Part shown: in pieces, positions 38,376 through 51,239 of the stretch
How positions within the stretch are numbered: the stretch's first letter is position 1
How the letters are laid out: the number at the start of each line of letters is the position of its first letter
Source: Felis catus
Taxonomy: Eukaryota
Assembly: GCF_018350175.1 (NCBI RefSeq)
Contig: NC_058368.1
Span: 35,342,001-35,406,000 of the forward strand
Length of the DNA stretch: 64,000 nucleotides
Direction: 5' to 3'
The notes under the pieces: model-generated
Databases searched by the model: none
What the model saw: only the letters and a program-made list of their open reading frames with translations
What the model was told of the DNA's origin: nothing
Translations under genes and position numbers: made by a program

Positions 38376-39320
38376 ACACATGCAGGACACAACTTATCAC
38401 CTTTGAAATCAAGTGTAGCAGTCACTCTGGACATTACTGATTAATATTTACTCAGTTTAATCTCTTTTTCTCAACAGCGCAGAAAATAGGTGGCGTTCTA
38501 GGCAGAAACATGTATCTAACCACCTCACATACGCATGGTTTATTTGTAGTCACTGGTTCTTATCTGTGCATAATTTTGTTATCTTGGTTCAGACTTAACT
38601 TCCATTTAATGAATCCATGACTCATTTTTTTTTTCTCTCTACTGTGACTCTCCGGAGGCTTTGTTTTCCATAGGCTGTGGGTTGATCTGAAATGTCATGT
38701 GGTCTCATCTTGACTGAAGTGTCATTCACAAAAATAAGTATCTTGGCATTTCCTTGTCTGAGCTGCTACCTTGACAAAGGCCTTACAAATATTTTATAAA
38801 TATTTACTGATGGTATGATAAAAATCGTAGGATCTAATAAGCCTGCCTTTTTATTTAGTGAAATTTATTTCAGAAGTCTGCGTTTATTCAACCTAAGATT
38901 GTTATATGTATAATGAGATTTGCATTAATTTTCAAAAATCCCAGGTAAGAACTTATAAAGTGGTGAGTAGTACATTCAAAAATGATGCTCAGTTAAGAAT
39001 AAGTCCAATGTGAACATTAAATGACAGTTTTGTTAAATGCCTATTTAATATCTATATCTGTGTTAAATTATTTCACATATATCTTTAGTCTTATAGAGAA
39101 GATATTATTATTATTTTTTTTAGAGAAGATATTACTATCCAACTTTTGCAAAAGAAAAAACTTAGGCTCACTGAGATCAAGACAATTTTTTCAGCGGCAT
39201 AGAGCTAGTAACTCACAGAACCACAACTGGAATCTCATACAAGAGTCAATTTAATGAATGAAGATCTTAGTGTTTCAACTGTGTGTGGGGGGGAACTAGA
39301 ATGTAAGTAAAGATATCTAG

Positions 39321-39558
39321 CTTTTTAAAATTTTTTTAAAGTTTATTTATTTATTTTGAGAGAGAAAGAGAGAGGGAGAATGAGCACAAGCAGGGGAGGG
39401 CCAGAGAGAGAGGGAGAGAGAGAATCCCAAGCAGGTTCCACACCGCCAGTGCAGAGTCCAATGTGGGGCTCACACCCATGACCAGGATACCGGGAGATCA
39501 TGACCTGAGCTGAAATCAAGAGTCAGATGCTTAACCGACTGAGCCATCCAGGTGCCCC
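39321..39558 (-). mobile_element. CAN-SINE
   Basis: Reverse SINE; TSD AGATATCTA(G/A). Confidence 0.95.
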
Positions 39559-39589
39559 AGATATCTAATTTTTTAAATGATCAGACTCA

Positions 39590-40104
39590 TCACCCATTGC
39601 AGCACTAATACTGCAGAAAAAAACAAAAAAAAAACAAACAAACAAACAAAAAACCTCTAAATTCTCTGTGGCTTACAGCCATAAGCATTTGTGTCTTTTC
39701 ATTTATGGCCCTATGTGCCAACTGAGTTTGGGTGACCTTGGCTGGTCTCACTTAAATTGTTGTGTGTTTGACTGGACTCCAACTGCAGGTAAAGTTCAGG
39801 TCTGTTCTTTTTTTGTTTGTTTTTTTTCTCATTATTTTGAGGCAAGAAGTACCTGGGGCAGGCAGCAAAGCACAAGAGACTAAACCAAATGGCAACAAAT
39901 GGAAACACATTTAAAGTTTCAGCTTACTTCTACATTTCATTGGCCAAAGCAAGTCACATGGCCAGGTCCAAAATTAAGTGGACAAGGAATTCTACCTAAT
40001 AGACTATGTGAGGTACTATAATAATACATAGTAAAAAGCATGTATGCGTATACCTATAATATGAAGAAAGTGAAGAAATGGAAACAATACTACAATCTAT
40101 CACA
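39590..40104 (-). mobile_element. Old MaLR LTR (MLT1-type)
   Basis: GTGGCTTACAGCCATAAGCATTT...CATTGGCCAAAGCAAGTCACATGGCC...CAATCTATCACA. Confidence 0.8.
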
Positions 40105-40911
40105 GCATTCATACTTTCTAGTCTTTGAATTCAAGGAACAATCTTGGACCCAGTTAATTAAAAGTGATATAAAATGAATAAATTAGATCAAACCTTTTAA
40201 AATTAATTTACTGACAAAAATGCTTTTTCTAAGACATGTGTTTATGTATAAACCTAAAGATAAATGGGTACAACTGTTTCGAGAATATCATGAAAAAGAA
40301 TATATCAAAAATAGAAACTAGCAGTTCCAAAACTCCCATAAGCAAAGAAAAATTGATGAACAGCAAGAGTCATTTTTAAACCTGTCATATTAACAGCCAT
40401 TAGCTACTAAAATTTATCATTAGGTATTAGTTTATAGGTCTCACCAGTAGAAAGATACTAAAGATCAATGCAAAAATAATAAGATTCTATTTAATATGAT
40501 GGGCTGAAGGAAAGTGTTCAATTCATGAGTATGGAAAAGGCTAGGAAATATCTTGATAAAGTTGTTCATATTGCACTGTCTCTGAAAAATGTAAGAAAGC
40601 TACAATTTATAAAAGATGATCAAAGATCTTAGGTAACATGTTTAAATGCTAGAAATGAAGAGAGAAAGAAAGAAACACAAGCACAAAATCACTCAGTCTC
40701 TTAGGCCAATGAAAGTAAGAGCAAAAATTATAGAAGCAAAAACCCCACAAAATGTTAATATGAATACCTTTAATTGAATCACATTTCATGTCTGTTGTTA
40801 AACTAAGAATAAACAAACAGATAAGTGAAAATATTTATCATTGCCATTTGGTGAACATCATTTCAGACATATTGTGCACATCCCATCTGTATAAGAGAAA
40901 GGAGGAATGAA

Positions 40912-40975
40912 GGAAGGAAGGAAGGAAGGAAGGAAGGAAGGAAGGAAGGAAGGAAGGAAGGAAGGAAGGAAGGAA
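40912..40975. repeat. (GGAA)16 microsatellite
   Basis: Direct reading. Confidence 0.98.
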
Positions 40976-41379
40976 GGGAGGAGAGAAAAATTTGCCAACA
41001 CTACAACTACACCAATGCTACTTTTAAAAGAAATTATTAAATTTTCTTTGAATTTACCAGAAGAAGAAAAAAATGTAACTAAAGGAAATGCTGAACTATT
41101 TTCACATTTTCTTTACCACAGAGATATTAATATTTAAATATTAAGAAATTAGTTCTAAATTTTTAAGAGGTTGGAATCATTATGCTATTTAACAACATGT
41201 GTTAACTTTAAAAGTACATACAAATACGTTTCTACAAAAGATGAAGAAATTAGTCCACTTTAAATTCTTTCCATTTCCAGATTAAAAACAATAATAATAA
41301 TGAATGGTATTTAATTATTTCATCATGGTTTATAACATTTACATATACATTTTCCTACCACTTCTTCCACTGGCTGAAG

Positions 41380-41712
41380 CCAAACATAATGACCTTCTTA
41401 TAATTCCTTATTCCTGCCAAGATCACCCCTGCCTTAGATTCCTTTTACTTACTTTTCCCCCTTTCTGGAAAACTCTGGCCCCAAATATTTGCCAGGCTGT
41501 CGTCTTGCTGTCAGTCAGGTCTCAGTTCAGATGTCACCCTCTCAAAGACCATAGATCCTCAAATACACAACAGAGATCACCTTGTTTTATTTTGGAGCAT
41601 TATCATGATCAGAAATTCTCTTCTTGAGCACTTTATTTTCTGTCTTCCCACACTAGCATGTAAATTCCATGATATCAGGAATACTTTGTTTACCACTTCC
41701 ATGCAGGACAGT
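41380..41712 (+). mobile_element. L2 3' fragment
   Basis: TCAGGTCTCAGTTCAGATGTCACC...CACTAGCATGTAAATTCCATGA. Confidence 0.7.
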
Positions 41713-42313
41713 GACACGTTGGTGGAAATCACTTTTCTCCAGATTGCAGAAGACTTGTGCCAGATGCCAGCAAACACTCTGGTCTCAAGCTAGGCATCAA
41801 GGATTTGACAGTTATGCTTCATGTTTTGCAGTTTGGGATTGTTTATCCTCATCGCACTGTTGATGGTTTTTTACAGCATTCACCTTCATTTGTCTTTTTC
41901 TTGCTGTTCCTGGCTTTGATGCATTTTTAGAGAGGAAGTTTAACTAAAATCCTTCCACATCAACATCAGCAATTTGCATGTGCATACACAGTAAATATTT
42001 TAATTCTCCAATTTGTCTGTGTAAGACTGAACTTAAAAGGAGGAGATGCTAATGGGAGCTAAACATTGTGAACCACCACTGCCATTGAGAGTTGCAGATG
42101 CCTTTGGAAATCTGATAAAGAAGATACACTCTTTCCTCCATAAAAAATGAATAGGCAGACTTTTATAGGCAGACTCACAACTACAGTGTCCTGAAAGCCC
42201 ATTCATGTACTTCTCGGAGAACCATGGACCACGCATAAGGAGCCCTGAATGAATGTGGATTTTAGGTCAGATTTCTCCAATTAACATTTTGAACCTCTTT
42301 CAATGTACACATA

Positions 42314-42374
<61 letters not shown>

Positions 42375-42614
42375 TTTTTTTTTTTTTATATGAAATTTAT
42401 TGACAAATTAGTTTCCATACAACACCCAGTGCTCATCCCAAAAGGTGCCCTCCTCATTATCCATCACCCACCCTCTCCTCCCTCCCACCCCCCATCAACC
42501 CTCAGTTTGTTCTCAGTTTTTAAGAGTCTCTTATGCTTTGGCTCTCTCCCACTCTAACCTGTTTTTTTTTTTTTTTTTTTTCCTTCCCCTCCCCCATGGG
42601 TTCCTGTTAATTTC

Positions 42615-45600
42615 TCAGGGTCCACATAAGAGTGAAACCATATGGTATCTGTCTTTCTCTGTATGGCTTATTTCACTTAGCATCACACTCTCCAGTTCCA
42701 TCCACGTTGCTACAAAAGGCCATATTTCATTTTTTCTCATTGCCACGTAATATTCCATTGTGTATATAAACCACAATTTCTTTATCCATTCATCAACTGA
42801 TGGACATTTAGGCTCTTTCCATAATTTGGCTATTGTTGAGAGTGCTGCTATGAACATTGGGGTACAAGTGGCCCTATGCATCAGTACTCCTGTATCCCTT
42901 GGATAAATTCCTAGCAGTGCTATTGCTGGGTCATAGGGTAGGTCTATTTTTAATTTTCTGAGGAACCTCCACACTGTTTTCCAGAGCGGCTGCACCAATT
43001 TGCATTCCCACCAACAGTGCAAGAGGGTTCCCGTTTCTCCACATCCTCTCCAGCATCTAGAGTCTCCTGATTTGTTCATTTTGGCCACTCTGACTGGCGT
43101 GAGGTGATACCTGAGTGTGGTTTTGATTTGTATTTCCCTGATAAGGAGCGACGCTGAACATCTTTTCATGTGCCTGTTGGCCATCCGGATGTCCTCTTTA
43201 GAGAAGTGTCTATTCATGTTTTCTGCCCATTTCTTCACTGGGTTATTTGTTTTTCGGGTGTGGAGTTTGGTGAGCTCTTTATAGATTTTGGATACTAGCC
43301 CTTTGTCCGATATGTCATTTGCGAATATCTTTTCCCATTCCGTTGGTTGCCTTTTAGTTTTGTTGGTTGTTTCCTTTGCTGTGCAGAAGCTTTTTATCTT
43401 CATAAGGTCCCAATAATTCAATTTTGCTTTTAATTCCCTTGCCTTTGGGGATGTGTCGAGTAAGAGATTGCTACGGCTGAGGTCAGAGAGGTCTTTTCCT
43501 GCTTTCTCCTCTAAGGTTTTGATGGTTTCCTGTCTCACGTTTAGGTCCTTTATCCATTTTGAGTTTATTTTTGTAAATGGTGTGAGAAAGTGGTCTAGTT
43601 TCAACCTTCTGCATGTTGCTGTCCAGTTCTCCCAGCACCATTTGTTAAAGAGGCTGTCTTTTTTCCATTGGATGTTCTTTCCTGCTTTGTCGAAGATGAG
43701 TTGGCCATACGTTTGTGGGTCTAGTTCTGGGGTTTCTATTCTATTCCATTGGTCTATGTGTCTGTTTCTGTGCCAATACCATGCTGTCTTGATGATGACA
43801 GCTTTGTAGTAGAGGCTAAAGTCTGGGATTGTGATGCCTCCTGCTTTGGTCTTCTTCTTCAAAATTCCTTTGGCTATTCGGGGCCTTTTGTGGTTCCATA
43901 TGAATTTTAGGATTGCTTGTTCTAGCTTCGAGAAGAATGCTGGTGCAATTTTTATTGGGATTGCATTGAATGTGTAGATAGCTTTGGGTAGTATTGACAT
44001 TTTGACAATATTTATTTTTCCAATCCATGAGCAGGGAATGTCTTTCCATTTCTTTAAATCTTCTTCAATTTCCTTCATAAGCTTTCTATAGTTTTCAGCA
44101 TACAGATCCTTTACATCTTTGGTTAGATTTATTCCTAGGTATTTTATGCTTCTTGGTGCAATTGTGAATGGGATCAGTTTCTTTATTTGTCTTTCTGTTG
44201 CTTCATTGTTAGTGTATAAGAATGCAACTGATTTCTGTACATTGATTTTGTATCCTGCAACTTTGCTGAATTCATGTATCAGTTCTAGTAGACTTTTGGT
44301 GGAGTCTATCGGATTTTCCATGTATAATATCATGTCATCTGCAAAAAGCGAAAGCTTGACTTCGTCTTTGCCAATTTTGATGCCTTTGATTTCCTTTTGT
44401 TGTCTGATTGCTGATGCTAGAACTTCCAGCACTATGTTAAACAGCAGCGGTGAGAGTGGGCATCCTTGTCGTGTTCCTGATCTCAGGGAAAAAGCTCTCA
44501 GTTTTTCCCCGTTGAGGATGATGTTAGCTGTGGGCTTTTCATAAATGGCTTTTATGATCTTTAAGTATGTTCCTTCTATCCCGACTTTCTCAAGGGTTTT
44601 TATTAAGAAAGGGTGCTGGATTTTGTCAAAGGCCTTTTCTGCATCGATTGACAGGATCATATGGTTCTTCTCTTTTTTTTTGTTGATGTGATGTATCACA
44701 TTGATTGATTTGCGGATGTTGAACCAGCCCTGCATCCCAGGAATGAATCCCACTTGATCATGGTGAATAATTCTTTTTATATGCCGTTGAATTCGATTTG
44801 CTAGTATCTTATTGAGAATTTTTGCATCCGTATTCATCAGGGATATTGGCCTGTAGTTCTCTTTTTTGACTGGGTCTCTGTCTGATTTAGGAATCAAAGT
44901 AATACTGGCTTCATAGAATGAGTCTGGAAGTTTTCCTTCCCTTTCTATTTCTTGGAATAGCTTGAGAAGGATAGGTATTATCTCTGCTTTAAACGTCTGG
45001 TAGAACTCCCCTGGGAAGCCATCTGGTCCTGGACTCTTATTTGTTGGGAGATTTTTGATAACCGATTCAATTTCTTCGCTGGTTATGGGTCTGTTCAAGC
45101 TTTCTATTTCCTCCTGATTGAGTTTTGGAAGCGTGTGGGTGTTCAGGAATTTGTCCATTTCTTCCAGGTTGTCCAATTTGTTGGCATATAATTTTTCATA
45201 GTATTCCCTGATAATTGTTTGTATCTCTGAGGGATTGGTTGTAATAATTCCATTTTCATTCATGATTTTATCTATTTGGGTCATCTCCCTTTTCTTTTTG
45301 AGAAGCCTGGCTAGAGGTTTGTCAATTTTGTTTATTTTTTCAAAAAACCAACTCTTGGTTTCGTTGATCTGCTCTACAGTTTTTTTAGATTCTATATTGT
45401 TTATTTCTGCTCTGATCTTTATTATTTCTCTTCTTCTGCTGGGTTTAGGCTGCCTTTGCTGTTCTGCTTCTAGTTCCTTTAGGTGTGCTGTTAGATTTTG
45501 TATTTGGGATTTTTCTTGTTTCTTGAGATAGGCCTGGATTGCAATGTATTTTCCTCTCAGGACTGCCTTCGCTGCGTCCCAAAGCGTTTGGATTGTTGTA

Positions 45601-46439
45601 TTTTCATTTTCGTTTGTTTCCATATATTTTTTAATTTCTTCTCTAATTGCCTGGTTGACCCACTCATTCGTTAGTAGGGTGTTCTTTAACCTCCATGCCT
45701 TTGGAGGTTTTCCAGACTTTTTCCTGTGGTTGATTTCAAGCTTCATAGCATTGTGGTCTGAAAGTATGCATGGTATAATTTCAATTCTTGTAAACTTATG
45801 AAGGGCTGTTTTGTGACCCAGTATATGATCTATCTTGGAGAATGTTCCATGTGCACTCGAGAAGAAAGTATATTCTGTTGCTTTGGGATGTAGAGTTCTA
45901 AATATATCTGTCAAGTCCATCTGATCCAATGTCTCATTCAGGGCCCTTGTTTCTTTATTGACCGTGTGTCTAGATGATCTGTCCATTTCTGTGAGTGGGG
46001 TGTTAAAGTCCCCTGCAATTACCACATTCTTATCAATAAGGTTGCTTATGTTTATGAGTAATTGTTTTATATATTTGGGGGCTCCGGTATTCGGCGCATA
46101 GACATTTATAATTGTTAGCTCTTCCTGATGGATAGACCCTGTAACTATTATATAATGTCCTTCTTCATCTCTTGTTATGGCCTTTAATTTAAAGTCTAGT
46201 TTGTCTGATATAAGTATGGCTACTCCAGCTTTCTTTTGGCTTCCAGTCGCATGATAAATAGTTCTCCATCCCCTCACTCTCAATCTAAAGGTGTCCTCAG
46301 GTCTAAAATGAGTCTCTTGTAGACAGCAAATAGATGGGTCTTGTTTTTTTATCCATTCTGATACCCTATGTCTTTTGGTTGGTGCATTTAATCCATTTAC
46401 ATTCAGTGTTATTATAGAAAGATACAGGTTGAGAGTCAT
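42615..46439 (-). CDS. LINE-1 ORF2p (APE endonuclease, reverse transcriptase, Cys-rich domain), intact, 1274 aa
   Basis: Starts [18 protein letters not shown] at ATG 46439; EN motifs LQETH, GDFN, IDH, SDH; RT motifs QGCPLSP, FADD; C-terminal [18 protein letters not shown]; no stops. Confidence 0.97.
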   Translation of the reverse strand: MTLNLYLSIITLNVNGLNAPTKRHRVSEWIKKQDPSICCLQETHFRPEDTFRLRVRGWRTIYHATGSQKKAGVAILISDKLDFKLKAITRDEEGHYIIVTGSIHQEELTIINVYAPNTGAPKYIKQLLINISNLIDKNVVIAGDFNTPLTEMDRSSRHTVNKETRALNETLDQMDLTDIFRTLHPKATEYTFFSSAHGTFSKIDHILGHKTALHKFTRIEIIPCILSDHNAMKLEINHRKKSGKPPKAWRLKNTLLTNEWVNQAIREEIKKYMETNENENTTIQTLWDAAKAVLRGKYIAIQAYLKKQEKSQIQNLTAHLKELEAEQQRQPKPSRRREIIKIRAEINNIESKKTVEQINETKSWFFEKINKIDKPLARLLKKKREMTQIDKIMNENGIITTNPSEIQTIIREYYEKLYANKLDNLEEMDKFLNTHTLPKLNQEEIESLNRPITSEEIESVIKNLPTNKSPGPDGFPGEFYQTFKAEIIPILLKLFQEIEREGKLPDSFYEASITLIPKSDRDPVKKENYRPISLMNTDAKILNKILANRIQRHIKRIIHHDQVGFIPGMQGWFNIRKSINVIHHINKKKEKNHMILSIDAEKAFDKIQHPFLIKTLEKVGIEGTYLKIIKAIYEKPTANIILNGEKLRAFSLRSGTRQGCPLSPLLFNIVLEVLASAIRQQKEIKGIKIGKDEVKLSLFADDMILYMENPIDSTKSLLELIHEFSKVAGYKINVQKSVAFLYTNNEATERQIKKLIPFTIAPRSIKYLGINLTKDVKDLYAENYRKLMKEIEEDLKKWKDIPCSWIGKINIVKMSILPKAIYTFNAIPIKIAPAFFSKLEQAILKFIWNHKRPRIAKGILKKKTKAGGITIPDFSLYYKAVIIKTAWYWHRNRHIDQWNRIETPELDPQTYGQLIFDKAGKNIQWKKDSLFNKWCWENWTATCRRLKLDHFLTPFTKINSKWIKDLNVRQETIKTLEEKAGKDLSDLSRSNLLLDTSPKARELKAKLNYWDLMKIKSFCTAKETTNKTKRQPTEWEKIFANDISDKGLVSKIYKELTKLHTRKTNNPVKKWAENMNRHFSKEDIRMANRHMKRCSASLLIREIQIKTTLRYHLTPVRVAKMNKSGDSRCWRGCGETGTLLHCWWECKLVQPLWKTVWRFLRKLKIDLPYDPAIALLGIYPRDTGVLMHRATCTPMFIAALSTIAKLWKEPKCPSVDEWIKKLWFIYTMEYYVAMRKNEIWPFVATWMELESVMLSEISHTEKDRYHMVSLLCGP

Positions 46440-46489
46440 TGTGATGTCTGTATGTTTTATGCTTGTAGTGATGTCTCTGGGACTTTGTC

Positions 46490-47324
46490 TCACAGGGTCC
46501 CCCTTAGGATCTCTTGTAGGGCTGGTTTAGTGGTGACAAATTCCTTCAGTTTTTGTTTGTTTGGGAAAACCTTTATCTCTCCTTCTATTCTAAATGACAG
46601 ACTTGCTGGGTAAAGGATTCTCGGCTGCATATTTTTTCTGTCTAGCACCCTGAAAATCTCCTGCCAATTCTTTCTGGCCTGCCAAGTTTCAAAAGAGAGA
46701 TCAGTCACGAGTCTTATAGGTCTCCCTTTATATGTGAGGGCACGTTTACCCCTTGCTGCTTTCAGAATTTTCTCTTTATCCTTGTATTTTGCCAGTTTCA
46801 CTATGATATGTCGTGCAGAAGATCGATTCAAGTTACGTCTGAAGGGAGTTCTCTGTGCCTCTTGGATTTCAATGCCTTTTTCCTTCCCCAGTTCAGGGAA
46901 GTTCTCAGCTATTATTTCTTCAAGTACCCCTTCAGCACCTTTCCCTCTCTCTTCCTCCTCTGGGATACCAATTATGCGTATATTATTTCTTTTTAGTGTA
47001 TCACTTAGTTCTCTAATTTTCCCCTCATACTCCTGGATTTTTTTATCTCTCTTTTTCTCAGCTTCCTCTTTTTCCATAACTTTATCCTCTAGTTCACCTA
47101 TTCTCTCCTCTGCCTCTTCAAGCCGAGCTGTGGTGGTTTCCATTTTGTTATGCATTTCGTTTAAAGCGTTTTTCAGCTCCTCGTGACTGTTCCTTAGTCC
47201 CTTGATCTCTGTAGCAAGAGATTCTCTGCTGTCCTGTATACTGTTTTCAAGCCCAGCGATTAATTTTATGACTATTATTCTAAATTCACTTTCTGTGATA
47301 TTATTTAAATCCTTTTTGATCAGC
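46490..47324 (-). pseudogene. LINE-1 ORF1p, N-terminally truncated, frame otherwise open
   Basis: Coiled coil, RRM (NIRIIGIPE) and CTD ([20 protein letters not shown]) present; the L1 sequence ends at the TSD, so the native ATG is missing. Confidence 0.93.
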
Positions 47325-48349
47325 CATAATATTTTTTTCAATAATCTGAATTTTCCAAGGCAAAAAAAACTCTGCCACACCCCGCCAGGAATTTTCTATC
47401 TAATTATATCTACGACAATATGTTAATATCGGTAAGTGTTAAGAACAGTGCCTGGCACATATTGAGCACTATATGTGTTTGACAAATACATCAAATAAGT
47501 AAAAACTGTTTTGAAATAACCCTGATCCTCTTTGTAGCTGCTCAAGATAGATCGGTGTTTCGTGGCATAGTTACTAGTGAAACAAAACATATGCCCTGGT
47601 AACTACATTCCAAGTGTGTAATAGCATGAAAAAAAGAGCATCAAATAGCTGACACAGAGCTGTGGGGGATGTTATGGATGTGATGTCAAGGATGAGGGAG
47701 AAACTCAACCAGTGACTACCTAGATTTTTCCAAACCCTTCACAGGACCCCAAGAGTATGAGCTTCTGCACTTCCCAGGCCAGGAGTTTCTGATTTCTTTG
47801 CCATGATGATAGTAAGTACCAGGGAAGTTAGGTGGATATAAAATACTGAGATGATAAGATTGAGTAGGGTAGGAGTAGAAAGCACTGGAAGCCCTCTTGT
47901 CCATGGATTCCCATTAATTTATCTTAATATTCTTTCCATCAATTACCTTCTGGGGCAAAAATCTCCCAAATTACCCCCAGAATTTCCCCAAAGTGGAGGT
48001 AATTAGGTGCCCCACCCTCTTAAAAATGGGCATGTGTATTTCCTAATTATAATGCTATTAACATAAGATAAATGTCCTATGGCCAAGGCAACCAGGAAGA
48101 GGGTATCTTTCATCAACCGGAAAACTCTGATCAAGAAGTTAGCTCCATTTGGTCAGTGTCTTTCTTGTTGCTGACTGCCCTCACACTTGGGTTAAAGTAC
48201 CAGGTTTCCTCCCACAGTTGAGCAACCTCTTAGTCTTATCCATTAGTCTTATCAGCCCAGATGACCTGTATAGATTTGTCTCTCTACCCCACACTGCTTT
48301 CTCAACATCTCCCCATTGTTAAGAATTTTCTAATACGTTATTTCCACGT

Positions 48350-48351
48350 GA

Positions 48352-48401
<50 letters not shown>
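48350..48401. repeat. (GAAA)13 microsatellite
   Basis: Direct reading. Confidence 0.98.
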
Positions 48402-48403
<2 letters not shown>

Positions 48404-50665
48404 GAAACCCGTTGTTGACTTTTACTTCAAAATTTGCTTGGTTCACTTTTTTTCAGTTTGTGTAAGTGCTACTAGAATATGGTATCAGCTGAAGATAATG
48501 ATACTCTCCTTTAATATAATCCTCATTTTAAACTACATAAAACTTGTCAAATCTTGAAATTTCTTCTTAATCTACACAGTGACATTCCCCTAAGCTAACA
48601 CAATTTCTGGACACAGAAGCACATCTTTTGACCACTGCAGCTATCTTTGCTCTTTTTTGTTGTTCTCTTGTTTCCTACTGGCAAAAAATATCTTGAAGTT
48701 TCTTCTAAGATGGGTTAATGTATCCTCAGGTGTCAGCTCAAATGTTGACATACCATGCTAACCAAAGGAGTCTTTTCTATATATCCTTACATCGTGAGGC
48801 TTCTATGTCTGTTTGTGCCTATACTATCCCCCTGATTGTCAGTTATTCAGAGTTACTACGTGAACACACAATAGAGAAGAGGGATTTTTAACTGCCAAAT
48901 GCACTAGAATCAGATTGTGCCTTGGTTCAATTCTCTCCTGAGTCCCGCTTTATACAATAATATTTGACCTTAATAATCTAGTATGCACAACCCCTGTGAC
49001 ATTCTGCGACACTGTCTACCTCTGGACCAGAGGCACTCCCACTACAAGTAGAACACAAAATTATTGCAAAAGAAGCCACCCACATGTAGTTCCACAACTC
49101 AGCCATGACCACACACACCACTCATCATAGGTAAGTGCACTCCCTGTATTCACAAAGATTCTACACTGCAAAACAATATAGCTAAGGCACTGCCTGAATT
49201 TGCTTACGATACATCCTACTCTTTTTATTCCTTCAAGTAAAGGAAGTGTTTGCTGCCCTAGTTATTCAATTGTCACAGAAAACTAATGTGAATGTAAATG
49301 TATCCAGCCATGAAAAAAAAAAAAAAAAGCCCAACAGCCACTGTAGATTATATATTAAGATGTGGGTTATATCAAGGCAGATTTTTTTCTGTAGGGACTT
49401 CATCCCCACAAATCCTCAAGCATACATAGTGTTCTACAACAGATTGCTCTGTCAGGGCTTCTGCCTCTGAATTCCAGGTGTGCTCGATTTTGCATCTGCT
49501 ACTTCACAAATGCATCAGACTTGAACGACAAACCATATGGCTTCCCTTACTGGACCTACTTTTGATCACAAATACGCACAAATTACCAGTGCAGACGCTG
49601 TGCCACCTGAAAATGCCAAGAGTGAATGGTGTTGAGTTGGGTGCACAGACATAACTCAATGTGAGCTTACAGCAGCCCTGAATGTACTGTCTGTTGCTTC
49701 CCCGCTGACCCTGATCTATGGTATCTGGATAACAAATGTGCACATTTAGAATATTCTGTTCAGTTACAGCTCTGTGCTGGGAATCAAACAAGTTACAAAT
49801 AGCCCCAAGTCCAAATACAGTAGTGACACACAGTAATGGTGTCATTATCGGGCAATAATTCTATGCCTATCACTGACTCCCACTGGCAATAAAAATGATA
49901 GCCTGTAGCAAAGTGGCCACTAGCTGACACTAGCAAGGAGATAGCAAATTACATTTAGTCCTGCGATTATATCTTCAATTAGCTTTGTTGGTAAATGTGA
50001 GTCTGTGTGTGTGTGTCCGCGTCTGTATGTGTGTGTGTCTGCGTGAAAGTCCTGATGATACAGCTTGAATGGATGTGTCTGGTCACTAGCTCCCTGGCAA
50101 AAAAAAAAAAAAAAAAACAGGAGTGTTCACTTTTTTTAGGAACGTTTTCTGACATTTCCAGCTGATGAGTTAACATAAAGTGTGTTCTCACTGCACAGCA
50201 CTTCCTTTTATATCACAGCCATGGATCTCCAAACATTTCTTCGGGACAAGATGTTTCTTGAGAAGTGAACTCTCTGAAAGCTAAAAATACTGAAATGGTC
50301 CTATATAGTCTCTCAAGCAATGGAAACGTTTTCAGTGAGGAAGATCTGCTTACAATTTCCAAACAAGGAGAGAACAGAAAGTTTTTGATTCTGTATATTC
50401 ACGGTGCCTTAAGAAAGATTTGTATGGGGATTGCTGTTATACTCCTTTTATCAAGAACTTATCATAAACACTGCTTGAGGTAGTCTTAGATTATAAAGAT
50501 TTTCTTCTTCCAGGAAAACAAAAATTCATGCCGCCCCACTGGTGCTTTTATAAGTTCCTTATTTACTTTATAAATCGTAAAATGTTGACAGAGTAAAAGT
50601 GTAAAAGACAATCGTAAATCAATGTTATTTCACAACATCCAAACCTATCTAATTTTATAATGACA

Positions 50666-50890
50666 GGGGCGCCTGGGTGGCTCAGTCGGTTAAGCGTCCG
50701 ACTTCGGCTCAGGTCATGATCTTGCGGTCTGTGAGTTCAAGCCCCGCGTCGGGCTCTGTGCTGAAAGCTCAGAGCCTGGAGCCTGTTTCAGATTCTGTGT
50801 CTCCCTCTCTCTCTGACCCTCCCCCGTTCATGCTCTGTCTCTCTCTGTCTCAAAAATAAATAAACGTTAAAAAAAAAAAAGAAAAGAAAA
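50666..50890 (+). mobile_element. CAN-SINE (young SINEC_Fc)
   Basis: GGGGCGCCTGGGTGGCTCAGTCGGTTAAGCGTCCGAC, CpGs retained, A-tail. Confidence 0.97.
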
Positions 50891-51024
50891 GGTTACAAAC
50901 ATTAAATACAAAGGCAAACAGGAGACCTAAAAGCTCCAAACTGGAACCAAAGCTAACATGAGTGGAAATGTTAGTGTGGTGATAATCTAAATTTCCAGTT
51001 CTATTTTTTTTAAAGAATGAGGAT

Positions 51025-51239
51025 TTTATTATTTTTTATTAGTAGTATTATTTATCATTATTTAGAAAGACAGAGACAGAGAGAGACAGAGCACAAGCAG
51101 AGGAAGAGAGAAAGAGAATCCCAAGCAGGCTCTGCGCCATCAGCACTGAGCCCAATATGGGGCTCAATCCCACAACTCTGGGACCATGACCTGAGCTGAA
51201 ATCAAGAGTCAGACGCTCAACCTACTGAGCCACCCAGGT
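51025..51239 (-). mobile_element. CAN-SINE
   Basis: GAATCCCAAGCAGGCTC...TGAGCCACCCAGG. Confidence 0.92.

Larger units (their letters stand above)
42324..47324 (-). mobile_element. Young felid LINE-1 (L1_Fc-type), 5'-truncated inside ORF1, with TSD
   Basis: Perfect TSD CATAATATTTTTTT (42310-42323 and 47325-47338); 49-nt T run at 42317-42365; AATAAA at 42401-42396; open ORF1 and ORF2; no 5'UTR. Confidence 0.98.

Noticed and set aside
46440..46493. ORF track N-terminal extension of ORF2 (MRQSPRDIT...)
   Set aside because: Starts at a GTG overlapping the ORF1 stop and translates the inter-ORF spacer; the homologous start is ATG 46439
43453..47186. Several 60-150 aa plus-strand ORFs
   Set aside because: Antisense shadows of the L1 ORF1/ORF2 coding sequence
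49478..49625. Protein-like plus-strand frame (CARFCICYFTNASDLNDKPYGFPYWTYF) after a CCAG acceptor
   Set aside because: Hits an in-frame TGA near 49563 and matches no protein I recognise
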